Below, one piece after another: positions 24,801-38,950 of a stretch of 64,000 bases of DNA. Origin of the DNA: Leucoraja erinacea (lineage: Eukaryota); assembly GCF_028641065.1 (NCBI RefSeq), contig NC_073381.1, positions 59,830,001-59,894,000 of the forward strand, read 5' to 3'. Below the pieces are notes generated by a model. It was not told the origin of the DNA. It worked only from the letters and a program-made list of their open reading frames with translations, and did no database searches. The position numbers and the translations under genes were made by a program. Numbering within the stretch: the first letter of the stretch is position 1; each line of letters opens with the position of its first letter.

Positions 24801-25079
24801 CAGCAGCATCACAGGCACATAGACATAAATAGATAAAGGGTGGCTTTAGCTCCTGCTACGGTTCACCTGACTTCTCATGAGTAGAATGTTGTACATGAAT
24901 TAATGGGTCAGCACCATCTTTTTGATCACTGTATCGGAGTCCAGTCCAAATTGAGGATCTTAAAACAAAATACAATGAAGAACTGCGTACCAAAAACCTG
25001 CTACCACATGCCATGATTTTGTTTAGGTTAGAGCCACAGTGCAGGAACAGCCCCACTAGGAACAATTGAAATATTTTTT

Positions 25080-25258
25080 AACTGAAGCCAATTAACCTAC
25101 AAACCTGTCCGTACGTCTTTGAAGTGCGGGAGGAAACTGGAGCACCCAAGGGAAAACCCACAAGGTCCCAGGGAGAACAAACAAACTGTACAGACAGCAC
25201 CCAGAGTCGGGACCGAACGCAATAAGGTAGCAACTCTACCATTGCGCCACAGTGCCAC
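25080..25258 (-). mobile_element. tRNA-derived SINE (HE1-like); an older + strand copy follows at ~25340-25620
   Basis: Minus strand GTGGCGCAATGGTAGAGTTGCTACC and SINE core. Confidence 0.8.
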
Positions 25259-25643
25259 TCCTGATGCAAGACAGAAACCACTTCAAAAGCATAAAAGATA
25301 TTTCAGATCAAGAAATAAATGTTAACTTAAGTTAATTAGGGGCATCACAGTGGTACAGCTACTAAAGCTGCTGCTTCACAGCTGTTTGTTCCTGAATTCT
25401 GGTGCTGTTTATGTGCAGCTTGCAATTTGTCAATGTGATTGTGTGTGTTTTTCCCCAGGTGTTCCAATTTCCTCTTACATCTCCCAGACATGCAGATTGG
25501 CAGGTTATTTGTTGTTGTGCAATTCTCCTAGTGTGTAGGTTAGTAGTGAAATCAGAGGAGATTTCAAGGCGATTGGAGGAGAATAAAATGAGATGCGTGT
25601 GAAAGGTGTGCTTTATTATTGAAATGGACAGTCAAAATGAGTT

Positions 25644-25840
25644 GGAAGGAACTGCAGATGCTGGTTTAAACCAAAGATAGACACAAAATGCTGGAGTAAT
25701 TCAGCGGGACAGGCAGCATCTCTGGAGAGAAGGAATGGGTGACGTTTCGGGTCGGGTCTGAAGAAGGGTCTCGACCCGAAATGTCACCCATTCCTTCTCT
25801 CCAGAGAAATTGTCTGTCCCGCTGAATTACTCCAGCATTT
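25644..25840. mobile_element. Penelope-derived fold-back element with well-preserved hammerhead-like core
   Basis: Inverted arms; CTGAAGAAGGGTCTCGACCCGAAATGTC at 25758-25785. Confidence 0.85.
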
Positions 25841-26824
25841 ACAGGTAGTATCTATCAATGGGCTGTTGAGCCTGTTTCTGGGCTGTATGACTGTGTATAT
25901 TCGATATGTCTCCTCATACTTTTCTCAGTCTACATTGTTTTGGTGCTGAAGTTTGCAGACACAAGAAGCTGCAGTTCAGTGTCTTTGAGCATATTGTAGC
26001 ATGTTAATATGGCTATGTGTAGCATATTAATATGGCTGTAAAAAGGAAGCCGCCGCTGGCAATGAAAACTGTGTGGAAAGAATATAAAAGCTCTGATTGC
26101 AGTGTGGTAACAGAAAGTGAAAGGTCCACAGCGCTCATAACATTAATAGCTACGTTTTTCAAAAAAGAATTGATCATGTACACTGCACTATGTATTAGTA
26201 CATTATTCCTGGATCATTACAGCTCAGCCTAATAGCAGATGACAATATTATAAGTGAGACAATGTTTTGTAATGCCACATTTCGGAGCCAGCTCAAATTT
26301 TGGAAGTAATTATAGTGACATAAATAGGCCTATATATCAATGATTCCTCTGGTGCAGAACAGATTTCGTAGAATGGATTCAGGGATGAGGAATTTCAATT
26401 AAAGGGTTAGACTGGAGAAGCTGGGGTTTGCTACATGAAGCAGTGAGTTGAGATTTGATTATAGTGTCCTGGATGGTGACTGGTTTAAACAAAGTAAACA
26501 GTGAAGTTGTTCTCAGTAACTGATGGTTCACCGACAAAGATGCACAGATATAAGATCCTGGTCAGGTGACACAATGAAAGTGAAAGTTTAATTTATTTTT
26601 AAATGGAGAGTATGGTTGGATCTAATTGTAACGGAAGCTTTCGACTGTACCAAAGTATATGTGACAAATAACTAAACTAAACTAACATTCAATCTCAGTA
26701 AGGGTAATAGAAAGGCACTTAAAAGAGAGAAATTTGCAAGGCTAAGTGGAAAAGGTAAGGGAATTAGGCTGGGAGAAACTCCTTGGGCTGAATAGCTTCA
26801 TTTTTAAATTTTACATGGCTATAG

Positions 26825-27040
26825 ATTCGACCCACCGACTCTGCGCTGACCAGCGGTCACCCTGTACACAAACACTATCCTACACACTAGGGACAATTTT
26901 TAATTTTAGCACAGCCAATTAACCTAAAAACCTGTACGTCCCTGGTGTGTGGGAGGAAACCGGAGCTCCCAGAGAAAACCCACGTGATCAGAGGGAGAAT
27001 GTACAAACTCTCTACAGACATCACGTGCAGTCAGGATCGA
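26825..27040 (-). mobile_element. tRNA-derived SINE, interrupted by a GC-rich retroposon
   Basis: SINE core on minus strand, truncated at the B box where the next element's tail begins. Confidence 0.75.
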
Positions 27041-27042
27041 AT

Positions 27043-27680
27043 CATAATCATATTTTATTAACCAAGTATGTTTTGCAACATACGAGGAATTTGATTTGCC
27101 ATACTGTCAAACCAATAAAAAGCAACAAGACACACAAAATAAATTTTAACATAAACATCCACCACAGCGACTGCTCCACATTCCTCACTGATGGAAGGCG
27201 AAAAAAAGATCAATCTCTTCCCTTATTTGTTCTGTGGTTGTGGGCCTCGAACCTTACGTTGAAGGGACGATCTTGGCTCCCCGCGCTGGGCGATCGGACC
27301 CTGGGTCGGGGCTAGTTGAACCTCCTGCGGCTTTGATGCATCCTGACATCTGTCTCTACCCGAGACTGCGAGCTCCTCGATGGTGAAATCCACAGGCTGT
27401 GTTTGGAATGACGATCCCAGGCAAGGGATCACAGGCTCCTATGGTAAGTCCATGGCCCCGCTGTGGGCTCAAAGTCAGTCTCGCGCAAAGCTTCCAGCTC
27501 CATGATGTTAGGCTGCAGAGCAACCAGAGATACGATCCGGAAAACCATCACATCTCCAGCAAGATAAGAGATTGAAAAAAAGTTTCCCCCACATAAAACA
27601 AACCAGAGAGCATTAACACAAATTTTTAAAACACATTAAAAATAACAAAGAAGACAAAAAGACAGACAGACCATTGGCAA
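27043..27680 (-). mobile_element. GC-rich non-coding retroposon; a second, 5'-truncated copy at 27841-28157
   Basis: Same 5' T-rich module and 3' double-hairpin/AATAAA/(ATCATA) tail architecture as 8214-9063. Confidence 0.7.
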
Positions 27681-30600
27681 GTACTTTGTACTGTAATAAA
27701 CCATAGTCTCTTGCGAAGTTAGTCAGCATGTCTACTGCCTTGCCACTGTGCTGCCCACAGTATTTTGTACTATAATAATTAAAAAATTAAAAAATGAAAT
27801 AATAGCAAGTAACTGCACACATAATCCTAAATCACAGCTCTAATCATAATCGTAATTTATTAGCCAAGTATGTTTTGCAACATATGAGGAATTTGGTTTG
27901 CCATACAGTCATACCAAAAATGAAACAAGACACAACCACATACAAATTTGACATAAACATCCACCACAGGCTCTCCTCCACATTCCCCACTGTGATGGAA
28001 CGCAATAAAGTCTTATCTTCATTCCTCCTTTTCTCCCGCGGTCGGAGGAGTTAAACCATCCACAGCCGGCGATCGAGCTCTCACGTAGGGGTGGTCTGAG
28101 CTCCCGCATTGGGACGGTCAAACCTCCTGCGACTTGGAGTCCCCGAAGTCAGTCCCTAAACCCACGCAGGTCACGGGGAGAAGGTACAAACGCAATACCG
28201 ACAGCCCCCATAGTCAGGATCGTGCTTGGGTCTCTGGCGCTGTAAGGCAGGTGTGTTGCAGGAACAATTAAATTGGGCCTAATTTCTGTATTTCTTCGAA
28301 AAGGACTGAGGTCCACACCAAAGGCATTCAAATGAAATTCAAAATCTGACCTTTACTATAAAAACAGGAAAAAATCTTTTTAAGAATGAATTTGAGATAA
28401 CGGGTTGATTCCATTCCTGAAACTGTCAAATGTAAGAAATTCCTTAATGTGGCTGAAGAATGTTAGTTGTGAGGGTAATGTATTTGCTGCTGTAGACAAT
28501 TGACCCATTACTTGCATTTTCTGTACTTTAAAAAAATTGGGATTGTGTAGAAGTGATCTGTGATATCACAATGATCACCAACAGATAGAAAGAAAGTGTT
28601 TTCCTTATGCCACTCACTTGGATAAATCACATCTTTAATTAACCACATCATTTGCTTTGTTAACAATTTAGAATTGATGTAAGGGCAACATTTATCACGT
28701 ACATTCAACACACTTATATCTCCATTTATATGTGTACGTAAAAAAGGGTCTCGACCTGAAACATCACCCATTCCTTCTCTCCAGAGATGCTGCCTGGCCC
28801 GCTGAGTTACAGCAGCTTTTGTGACACCATTGTAACTTGCAAACATAATGCCATATATTCATCCATCGTTACCTGAAATGTCCTGAACAACAGTACTTCA
28901 ATAGTTCATCAAAAGGACACGAGCAGTCGAAGAAGGTAGTTCACCTCCAACTTTTCAAGGACTGTTAGCAATGGGTATTAAATTCTGACCTTTCAGTTAA
29001 GTTTTATGAAAGATTGGAGAATTGTTCTTATGTTAATTTGACACAACTACTGATTTACTGAGTCTCTATTGTTACTGAACCACAACATTCCACTATAAAT
29101 GCCATCTCTGAATTAAACACAACCAAAACAATATTTGAATTGTTCTGCCAATTTTCCCCCCCTCATTTCTTTCAAGCAATCATATTACACATTCATTGAT
29201 ACAGATGAAGTTTCATAGTGCTGAGGTAGACCACAGTATTGATTTACATCCTGAATAAGAATGTAATATTAAAAATTTCAATATGCTGGGGAGATCCACA
29301 TCCGCAATTTATCTTCCATTTCGGAATTATCGAACGCTTAAGTGCATGTGGTCTGAGCCTTGAGTTTGCTTCTGGGATTTGCAGTAGCTATTGGGTTGCA
29401 AAAGCAATCAGTTTACAGCCAAGCTGGTGCAATTTTGACCTCTGCAAGAACAGTGTGTTGCGTCAATATTTCATCGTCAAGGAGTATTGCCTTTTACAGT
29501 ATTGTGCGCTCTTACCAAAAGTCTCACTAATTCTTGGGGTATTAATAAACATCCTGGGCCATTTGTAATGAGAAGTGTCTCAGGACCCTACTTGGTGTTC
29601 AGCTGGGCTATTTTCTCAGTAGTTTGCAGATTTTTGCACTTCCTGGTAAGAATTAAAGAGCATTTATCACAAAGATATTTGGACAGTTGATGACATGTTG
29701 GACCAAAATGAGATGAATACTCTGTGATTAAAACTCTGTAATTATTCCACATTTCCCCATCTGTTTTCCAATATATGTTTGCTTGGCAATGACCAAATAT
29801 TCAGACAGGAGACTAAAAGTTTTATCAAAAAGATCAATTTTAAGATAATTAAAAATGGAAGAAGAGGGTGAATCAGCAAAATAAATATATTTTTTTCCAT
29901 TTAATAGCATGTGATTTGAGGATACATTTATTTGATGAAGATGTCGTCTGCTAAGCCCTCTTTTATAGACCACCCTATGTATACATGTGCTTTAAAAACT
30001 TAAGATAGAACAATCATTTTTATACCAGGATATGGCTTTACATATTTCTCTGGACTCAGTCCTCAACTCGAACATCATGATCTTCTTGCTATCATTACAA
30101 GTGGGGATATTAGCGGATGATTCTGCTACATTCAAATCCATTCCCAACTCCTAAGTAAATGAAGCAATCTGTGGCAACATTCAGGCTCGTGCTGATAAGT
30201 GGCAGGTAACATTTGTGCTGCACGTGCCAGGCATTGTCGGTCTCCAACAAAGGGAATCTAGCTAGGTCCATTTTGACATTGTCCCTGAATTTCTCCAATA
30301 TAAATGCTCTTGGGTTTATTTGTGACTGGAATTTAAATGGACCACTAGCATAAATGTTGTGGCTACAAGTGTCGTTCAGAGCCTTGATATACTACAACTA
30401 TCATTTCATGCCCTGGCTCTCCATAGCCTTTCCGCCATCTATGTGACACATCAGGAGGGTTACAGAATATTTACAAGGGCACCTGCAAAGAGGATGAGTG
30501 ATGGATGCATGCGAAGTGGTCCTGCATTTTTTGCCTCTCCAAGTTGTGCACAGTTGGAATTACATTAGCATACTTATTGAGGCAGAACAATGTATTTGGC

Positions 30601-31110
30601 AGCTTTGTGGAAGAATCTTCATAAGCACTACAGATGTTCAAATAGGAGGTTTACAGTTTGAAATCTTGTTTTAAGGGAAATTATGAACAAAATATCCTGC
30701 TGGCGCTAGGGCAGGTTAACAGAACAAGAGGGCTTTGGCTATGAAGGGTTTTGGAGGAAATATTTATTTATGTAGGGGATAATGAAATGTTGCTGCAGTT
30801 GGCAGGAAGGGTAACTGGAGCTGGAACAGTGCTTCATTTCTCACAGTGGCAAGAGGAATTGAAACCTGGAAATGAGTAAATGGGCTGCAGGAGCATTCAT
30901 TTTAGACTCTGGAAGTTCATCATGACATACAGCTGTTGCAGTTTGCGGATGACACGAAGCTGGGGGACAGTGTTAGCTGTGAGGAGGATGCTAGGAGGCT
31001 GCAAGATGACTTGGATAGGCTGGGCGAGTTGGCAAATGCATGGCAGATGCAGTATAATGTGGATAAATGTGAGGTTATCCACTTTGGTGGCAAAAACAGG
31101 AAAGTAGACT

Positions 31111-32117
31111 GGAAGTGGCGGCGCCTAACGGCAGCGGCTCGACTACAGTTGTCTGTTAGCTTTCATAGCAAAAGGATTTATTTTTTGTCTTGTTAAATGT
31201 ATGCCTTTGAGACCACAGTTTATTGCGTATTTTTTTTAAATCTGTGTATACGTGTGGGGGGGGGAGTGCAGAGACGGTGGGGCCAAACCGTGTCTTATCT
31301 CTTCCCTGTGCGGGGGGACCTTATATTCCCTGGGGTCGGGTCTAGATGCAGGAAGATCGTTTAGGGCCAGGACAAACAGCTTAAGGTGGGGGAGCCGGCA
31401 GCGACCTCCAGCACACAGAGAGTGGTGACTCTGGGGGCTCCAGTTAGCAGAGCCTGCGGAATTGACATCGCGGAGCTGGGCAACTTCGGAGCGGGAAGAG
31501 CAGTTACGGGTGGCGCGCGGGCTGCGACCCCGACTTTTGGAGTTCGTGCAGGCACCGGCCGCAGACCCGGTGGACGGGTTAACATCGGGAGCTCGCAGGT
31601 CCCTGGTGGGAGACCGCTTTTCCGAGCTCTTCGCAACGGCGACTTCTCCCTGCTGGAATCGGGGTTTCGTTGGGACATGGAGCCGGGGCCTAACATCGCC
31701 CGGCATGGCTTAAACGGCTTCAGGACTTACCATCGCCCGCCGGGGGCTTTAACATCGGAGCCCCAGTTCGCCTCGACACTGCAGTTGGACTGCTGGACCA
31801 CGGGAGAAGGAACAAAGGGAAGAGATAAAGACTTTGCCTTCCATCACAGTGAGGAGATGTTGGAGACTCACTGTGATGGATGTTTATGTAAACTGTGTTA
31901 AATGATTCAATTTATTGTCATTGTCAGTGTACAGTACAGAGACAACGAAATGCATTTTTAGCATCTCCCTTGAAAGGGAGACACAGGGCGTCGCGGTGTG
32001 CCCGCGCCTGCCGCCATGTGGGTCTTGTATTGTGTTTGTAATGTAAAAAAAAACTGTAGAAATGGAATTTTGTTCAAACCCAGGTTTGAATGACAATAAA
32101 TAGCATTCTATTCTATT
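31111..32117 (+). mobile_element. GC-rich non-coding retroposon, apparently full length
   Basis: Starts GGAAGTGGCGGCGCC, ends TTCAAACCCAGGTTTGAATGACAATAAA + (ATTCT)n; cleanly interrupts the CR1 reading frame. Confidence 0.8.
31902..32017 (-). mobile_element. 116-bp mini-retroposon with the same termini as the GC-rich family
   Basis: Minus strand ATGGCGGCAGGCGC...TCTCCCTTTCAAGGGAGA...CATTTCGTTGTC...GACAATGACAATAAA. Confidence 0.7.
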
Positions 32118-33660
32118 CTATCTGAATGGTGGCCAATTAGGAAAAGGGGAGATGCAATGAGACCTGGGTGTCATGGCACACCAGTCATTAAAAGTAGGCA
32201 TGCAGGTGCAGCAGGCAGTGAAGAAAGTAAATGGTATGTTACCATTCATAGCAAAAGGATTTGAGTATAGGAGCAGGGAGGTTCTACTGCAGTTGTACAG
32301 GGTCTTGGTGAGACCACACCTGGAGTATTGAGTACAGTTTTGGTCTCCTAATCTGAGGAAAGACATTCTTGCCATAGAGGGAGTACAGAGAAGGTTCACC
32401 AGACTGATTCCTGGGATGTCAGGACTTTCATATGAAGAAAGATTGGATACACTCGGCTTGTACTCGCTAAAATTTAGAAAATTGAGGGGGGATCTTATAG
32501 AAACTTACAAAATTCTTAAGGGGTTGGACAGGCTAGATGCAGGAAGATTGTTCCCGATGTTGGGGAAGTCCAGAGCAGGGGATCACAGTTTAAGGATAAA
32601 GGGGAAATCTTTTAGGACTGAGATGAGAAAAACATTTTTTACACAGAGAGTGGCGAATCTCTGGAATTCTCTGCCACAGAATGTAGTTGAGGCCAGTTCA
32701 TTGGCTATATTTAAGAGGGAGTTAGATGTGGCCCTTTTGGTTAAAGGGATCAGGAGGTATGGAGAGAAGGCAGGTAACAGGATACTGAGTTGGATGATCT
32801 GCCATGATCATATTGAGTGGCGGTGCAGGCTCGAAGTGCTGAATGGCCTCCTCCTGCACCTATTTTTCTATTTTTCTATGTTTCTATCTCTGTTTATATC
32901 GTGTTGATGCAAGCATTTGAAAGGCTTTTCCAGTTTATTTACTAATTTTAATGGTAATCGTAATAATGTTTAGTGGGTAGTATTTGATTAATATAATATT
33001 CATAAACAAACTGTCCTCCTGTCCCTTTGATACTGTTATTTGTGTAAAAGTTTACAAGTCACGGCCAGCTCTTGGCTTTGTCCGCAACTAGCTTACATAA
33101 TGTTTGCTTGTTTTGTGGACAAATAGTGGCTCCAACCTTTACCACCCAAAAATAACAATATTCTTGCAGTTCTCAATTTCTAATCCAATGTTTCTTGAAG
33201 ATTACATCAACAGCCATGTTTCACAGTCTGACTTTCAAAAAAATCATTGCCAGAGACTTGCATTCAATGTACAGTAAAACGAGCTAATCGATTTAGACAT
33301 CCTAATGGTTGATCCTGTAAACCATGACCTTCATCCATCCCCCAAACTTCCTGTACTCCCTTTAAACTCAGTTTTCTTTCCTGCTCACTCTGAGTAACAT
33401 CTAAAATAATGTGAAGTAAAAATGTGTTCGGGTATAAGTAGGTGTCAAATACAGTATTCCGGAAAATCTGCCAATCCCAAGAGTACCAGTTTATTGGAGT
33501 TGGCATGTTATAAAATAAATATGTTTTTACATATTGATTTATTTGAACACAAAATAGCTACCGGCAAATAGATAGCTTACACTTAAAGGTACATATATTT
33601 TACATTGAAAATAAACAAATTTAGAAGCCTTATTTTTTTTTGTATTACTGTGCTCACATT

Positions 33661-33965
33661 TTAGTTTAGTTTAGAGATATAGTGTGGAAACAGGCCCTTT
33701 GGCCCACAGAGTCTGCGCTGACCAAAGTCCCCTGTACACTAGCAGTATCCCACACACACTAGGGACTATTTACAAATTTTACTGAATCCAAATTAACCTA
33801 CAAACCTGTATGTCTTTGGAATGTGGGAGGAAACCGGTGCACCCTGAGAAAACGCACACGGTCACAGGGGGAACGTACAAACTCCGTACAGACAGCACCT
33901 GAAGTCAGGATCAAACCCTGCCGCTGTAAGGCAGCAACTCTACCGCTGTGCCAGTGTACTGCCCC
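33661..33965 (-). mobile_element. tRNA-derived SINE (HE1-like), full length
   Basis: Head GGCACAGCGGTAGAGTTGCTGCC, core, (CTAAA)n tail. Confidence 0.88.
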
Positions 33966-34031
33966 ATTTGCCACGTGAAATTCTTCTGATTCCAACTTTT
34001 CCATTTCAGATAGTGTGATGTGGAATGGTCT

Positions 34032-34282
34032 CTTTTCACACAGAGAGTGGTGAATCTCTGGAACTCTCTGCCACAGAAGGTAGTTGAGGCCAGTTCATTG
34101 GCTATATTCAAAAGGGAGTTAGATGTGGCCCTTGTGGCTAAAGGGATCGGGGGGTATGGGGAGAAGGCAGGTGCGGGATACTGAGTTGGATGATCAGCCA
34201 TGATCATATTGAATGGCGGTACAGGCTCGAAGGGCCGAATGGCCTACTCCTGCACCTATTTGCTATGTTTCTATGTTTCTAT
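34032..34282 (+). mobile_element. CR1 LINE 3' end
   Basis: FTQRVVNLWNSLPQK..; (TATGTTTC)n tail. Confidence 0.9.
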
Positions 34283-35775
34283 GAATAGATTACATTTTTT
34301 TTTTAAATTCTGCTGACCCAGCAGATCTGCAAAGGCATTTTTGTTGGCTTTTGGACTTTACCAGAAGAGCTAAAGATATTTATTTAAGCAAACATTAATA
34401 ATCTAAATAAACTTTGGCAATATTTTAGTGAGTCATTATCGCTCACTTTGCTGGGAATATTTTATTCTCTAAAATTATAGGGACATGCATTGCCCTTTAT
34501 GCAATTGATTAGTTTTAGTATAGTTTATTGTCATGTGTACTGAGATACAATGAAATGCTTTTGTTGCGTGCTAAACAAATAATTAACTGATTATAGGTGG
34601 TAGGGATTCAGTGGGAATGAAAATGTTCCATTTATTGTCCAGCATTTCTTTTAGGGCTTCAAAAGTAAATAAAAGACTGGGTCGCAAATTGAAATGAACA
34701 GAAATTCTGCTTTGTTCATAGACAGATGAATATGCATTGTTGGTATATTTTTTAACCAATTATAGATTGCAGCCATTATCTATTATCTGTTGATAAAATA
34801 AGCAACATTTTTTCATTATTTTCAGACTATTCGAACAAATGCAATTTTTTTTCAAATATGATCCTTGTGATGAAGTATGCTGTGTAGTGGATCTTGGTTG
34901 AACCAATTTCCTACTAACCTTGCACAGCATGTGAGTGTGTGATATCCATTACAATTATATTGAATGGTAGCTTGGGTTCTTATTTTCCGCTTCTCTATGC
35001 AGAAATTAAAGTATCGTTGTCCTGTAATGGAGCATGGAATGCAGGAATCAGCAAAACATCATTACCCATTTATTCCCACAGCTTCTTAAATGCGAATTTT
35101 CTTTTAATTTTCTAGTTTCATGGACCAGCTTTATATTTGTCATGTCTGCAATCTTTTGTTGTCATTTCCTATGAGAGAGCCATAAGGAATGAAACAGGAG
35201 GCCCTTCGACCCGACTTGCCCAAGTCGACCACATTGCCCCATCTACATTTGTCTCATCCAAATGCATGGTCATTTCAACTGATGAAAATATACACTTATT
35301 AAAATATCTGGTCTGTATTTTACCCACGATAAACCAGACCTGCTTGGAATCACTGCTTGTAACTCCCCAAAACCCATGCTCATCCAGACTGAGTATTAGG
35401 GGCCAATATTATTGCACCCCAATGTGCTCAAGGGAGATTGAGATGACAACTCATCCCCAAGTACAGAGGTCATACCCTGATATTCTTTGACTGCTGACAA
35501 TTTGGAGCAGAGGCTTGTCTTAAACCTATTAAGGATTTTTAAAATGGGTCTGCATTCAGAGACTTAGAACTTATTAAAAATCTAATAAATAATCAAAATC
35601 AAACAATTTAAAAACAGCAACTAGAAGTAAGTTTAAAAATTAAATAAAATAATTAAAATAAATTTCCTCTTCCTTTTTAATTTCCTAAAGTGGAGGCCAA
35701 GAATCCCCACTGTGGACACCAGGCTGTTCCAGGTCTGACCTGATGTTGGACTGAGGAATCAATATTTCCCAATGG

Positions 35776-36223
35776 TGGTAGACACTAATTGCTGGAGTAA
35801 CTAAGCGGGACGGGCAGCATCTCTGGAGAGAAGGAATGGGTGACGTTTCGGGTCAAGTCAGGAGAAAGGGAAATGAGAGATCTAGACGGTGATGTGGAGA
35901 GATAAAGAACAATGAATGAAAGATATGCAAAAAAGTTACGACGATAAAGGAAACAGGCCGTTGTAAGCTGTTTGTAGGGTGAAAACGAGACGCTAGTATG
36001 ACTTGGGTGGGGGATGGATAGAGAGAGATGGAATGTCGGGGCTACCTGAAGTGAGAGAAATCAATATTCATACCACTGGGCTGTAAGCTGCCCAAGCGAA
36101 ATATGAGATGCTGTTCCTAACCAGTCAGAAGTAGGGTCTTGACCCAAAACGTCAACGCTGAGTTACTCCGGCTTTTTCTGTCTATCTTAGGTTTAAACTA
36201 GCATCTGCAGTTACTTCCTACAC
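35776..36223. mobile_element. Penelope 3' fragment with inverted terminal repeat
   Basis: Minus-strand EQHLIFRLGSLQPSGMNIDF (36058-36117) between inverted terminal repeats; 12-bp TSD ATTTCCCAATGG (35764-35775, 36224-36235). Confidence 0.88.
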
Positions 36224-36896
36224 ATTTCCCAATGGAATCTCAGCAATTAGAATCCCTAAGGAGCCTAGGAGAGGAGAATAGTGACAGATGTGGTGCCGTC
36301 TGCCATTCATTACTCACAGATTAATGTGCCTGACGACATGTGCAGTAAGTTCTAGACTTGCTCAAATATTAATGGCTGAGTACCAATAGTTCCGATTAGA
36401 ACTACCAACTCCAGCAAACAGTATTGGATTGAATGCTGTTTTGTGAATCCAGTGAATCAAAAGGATGAGCAAGTCGTGTGTGTCAATCCATTTCATGGTG
36501 TTGATTCCATCATTTTTCTTTCAATATCACCTTAAAGCTTCAGGATCTTATTTTGCTGAATGTTACTGAGTATTTAACTTGGGGGTTCTGGGGCTGGTGG
36601 TGTTCATCTTTAAATGTACACATTTGGAAGGTCTTGATCTCATCTTACAGCAGATGCTGCTTGGTCAACTCTTTCATTCAAGTTTTGTTTTCAGAGGTGA
36701 GACTAAAAGCTTTTAAGGTCTGAATGATTTTCAAAAATTAACTGATGCATGGAAATTCAGTAACGCAGATTGCGTTTTACTTCATTTAACTGGGTATCGT
36801 AATTTTAGATGGAATGTGAATTCACTTGTTGCCTGCTCTTGGATATTGAAGTGATATAGGTACTGATGTATTTTGCTCACTTTTACATCAGAGGAG

Positions 36897-37010
36897 AGTC
36901 TGAAGAAGGGTCTCGACCCGAAACATCGACTATTCCTTCTCTCCATAGATGCTGCTTCACCCGCTGAGTTTCTCCAGCATTTTTTTGTGTATCTTCGATT
37001 GTTCCAGCAT
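36897..37010 (+). mobile_element. Solo Penelope terminal repeat beginning at the hammerhead-like motif
   Basis: CTGAAGAAGGGTCTCGACCCGAAACATC at 36900-36927. Confidence 0.8.
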
Positions 37011-37059
37011 CTTAAACATCGTACTTGTCTCTTGACCACTTGTATCCACATGAAAACTG

Positions 37060-38200
37060 AAATCAGGAGATGCCCATTCAACCTTTCAATCCATCTATCA
37101 GATTATGACTGATCATGTACCTCAGAATCACTTGTTCTAACACTATATCCCTTGATATTACGAACGATGTATTAGTTGCAGGCTTGAATGTACTCAGAGT
37201 AAATGTCCAGAGGTTCCTTGGTAAGGAATTCCAAGAAGTTAACTATCCTTTAGGTGAAGAAATATCTTCTCATTTCTGTCCTAAATAGTCAACTACTTCT
37301 GACTAAAATTGTGATCTCTGGCTCTTAAGCCCAATAAGGGTGTTGGACATTTCAATGCAATCACCTCTCCTACAAAGTCAAGAGTATCTGCCACTTTTCC
37401 TTCTGTAGCATTACGGCCAGTGCACGGATAATTTGGCCACATTTCACTGCGCTCCCTCAATGATAAGTATGTTTTTTCCTGGATATTGAGACTCAACAGG
37501 TAAACGGGTATTCTAATACTCAACAGTATTCTAAATACATTATGTAATTAGCTCAAAGCATCTATAATTTGTATTCAAATCCACTTGCCACTTAGTTAAC
37601 TTCCAGTGATTCCTGTCGAAGGATCCCAGGTGTCTCTGAACATCAGCACCTTTCAAATTTGCACCATTTCACAAATATTTTGGCTTTTGTCTATCAAATG
37701 GGATTACCTCACATTTTTCCATTTTATATCCTAACTTCCATGTCCTTGTCCATGCTCTTAACCTGTCTATCTCCTGGCACCTCTCTGTAGTCTCCACATA
37801 ACTTGCATGCCATCCTGCATTTCATCAACTGCAGATTTGGATAAGTTACACTTGATCCCCTCACCCACATCATTGATGTAGTTTGTAAACAACTATGGTC
37901 CCAGCACAAACCCCAGTTCTAGCTGCCAACCCAAAACCAACCTGTTGGTTTTTTGTCTGTTAGCCAATGCTAATCCGTGTCAGTATAGTCTGCTCTGATT
38001 TTTGTTTCGTAATCTTGCTTTGCATCTTACCAAAGCCATTAGTAAGTCCGAGTGCACCATATTGACTGGTTCATCTTTTTATTATCTGTTTGTTAATGGA
38101 TTTGTTGAAACATCATTTCCCTTTTATAAATTTATGTTGGGTCTGCCAAACTCCATTATTATTTTTCACTTACCCTGTTATCACTTTAATAACAAATCCA
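37060..38200 (-). mobile_element. Ancient degraded CR1 LINE
   Basis: Residual VLGP.LFTNYINDV..SKSA and CR1 3' UTR-like sequence. Confidence 0.6.
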
Positions 38201-38660
38201 AATAATTTTCCTACAATTTACAAATCTGAATAAGATGCTTCTATCCCAAAGTGTATCATGTGTATGTCTTCAATATATTCAATGTCAAAAATACATCAAA
38301 GAATACATTTTTCTTTCATCCCATGAGTGGTAATCTTTTGTACCCCCCCCCCCTCCCCCCCTCCACGCCAATCCATTGAAGTAAGTGGTATGAAAATCAA
38401 TCAACTGTGCCAGACCACCACATTGGTTAAGACAACATTTGCTCCATTTGCTCCACTGAGCGAGGGCTATATGGATATATGTATGTAGTTTGTTTGTTTA
38501 TACAGGGGGTACTATTCTTATAACAATTGTAAAGCACTTTGGCCAACAAGAGTTGTTTTTTAAAAGTGCCATATAAATAAATGTGACTTGACTTGACTTG
38601 ACTTAAGGTATGTTAACAGACATGAATCTCTAATTACACAACAAGTAAACATAGAACATA

Positions 38661-38950
38661 TGGCAGCACAGTGGTGTTGTGGTAGAGCCTTAGAGCAGTA
38701 AGGTGTACAGCTTTACAGCTCCAGAGATCCGGGTTCGATCCTGACTATGGGTGCTTGTCTGTACGGAGTGTGTATGTTCTCCCTGTAACCTGCGTGGGTT
38801 TTCTCCGAGATCTTCGGTTTCCTCCCACACTCCTAAGACATACATATATATGTAAATTGTCCCCAGTGTGTCTAGGATAATGTTAATGTGTGGACTCGGT
38901 GGGCCACAGGGCCTGTTTCCGTGCTGTATCTCTAAACTAAACTAAACTAA
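38661..38950 (+). mobile_element. tRNA-derived SINE (HE1-like)
   Basis: B box GGTTCGATCC, core, (CTAAA)n tail. Confidence 0.85.

Larger units (their letters stand above)
30938..32888 (+). mobile_element. CR1 LINE RT/3' end, split by an insertion at 31111-32117
   Basis: FADDTKLG..KCEVIHFGGKNRKVD | YLNGG..RPHLEY..LSYEERLDTLGLYSL; (TTTCTATG)n tail. Confidence 0.93.

Noticed and set aside
31236-31901. Several 100-170 aa ORFs (likewise 45689-46536 and 54140-54678)
   Set aside because: Stop-poor GC-rich repeat sequence, open in many frames on both strands, no recognisable domain.
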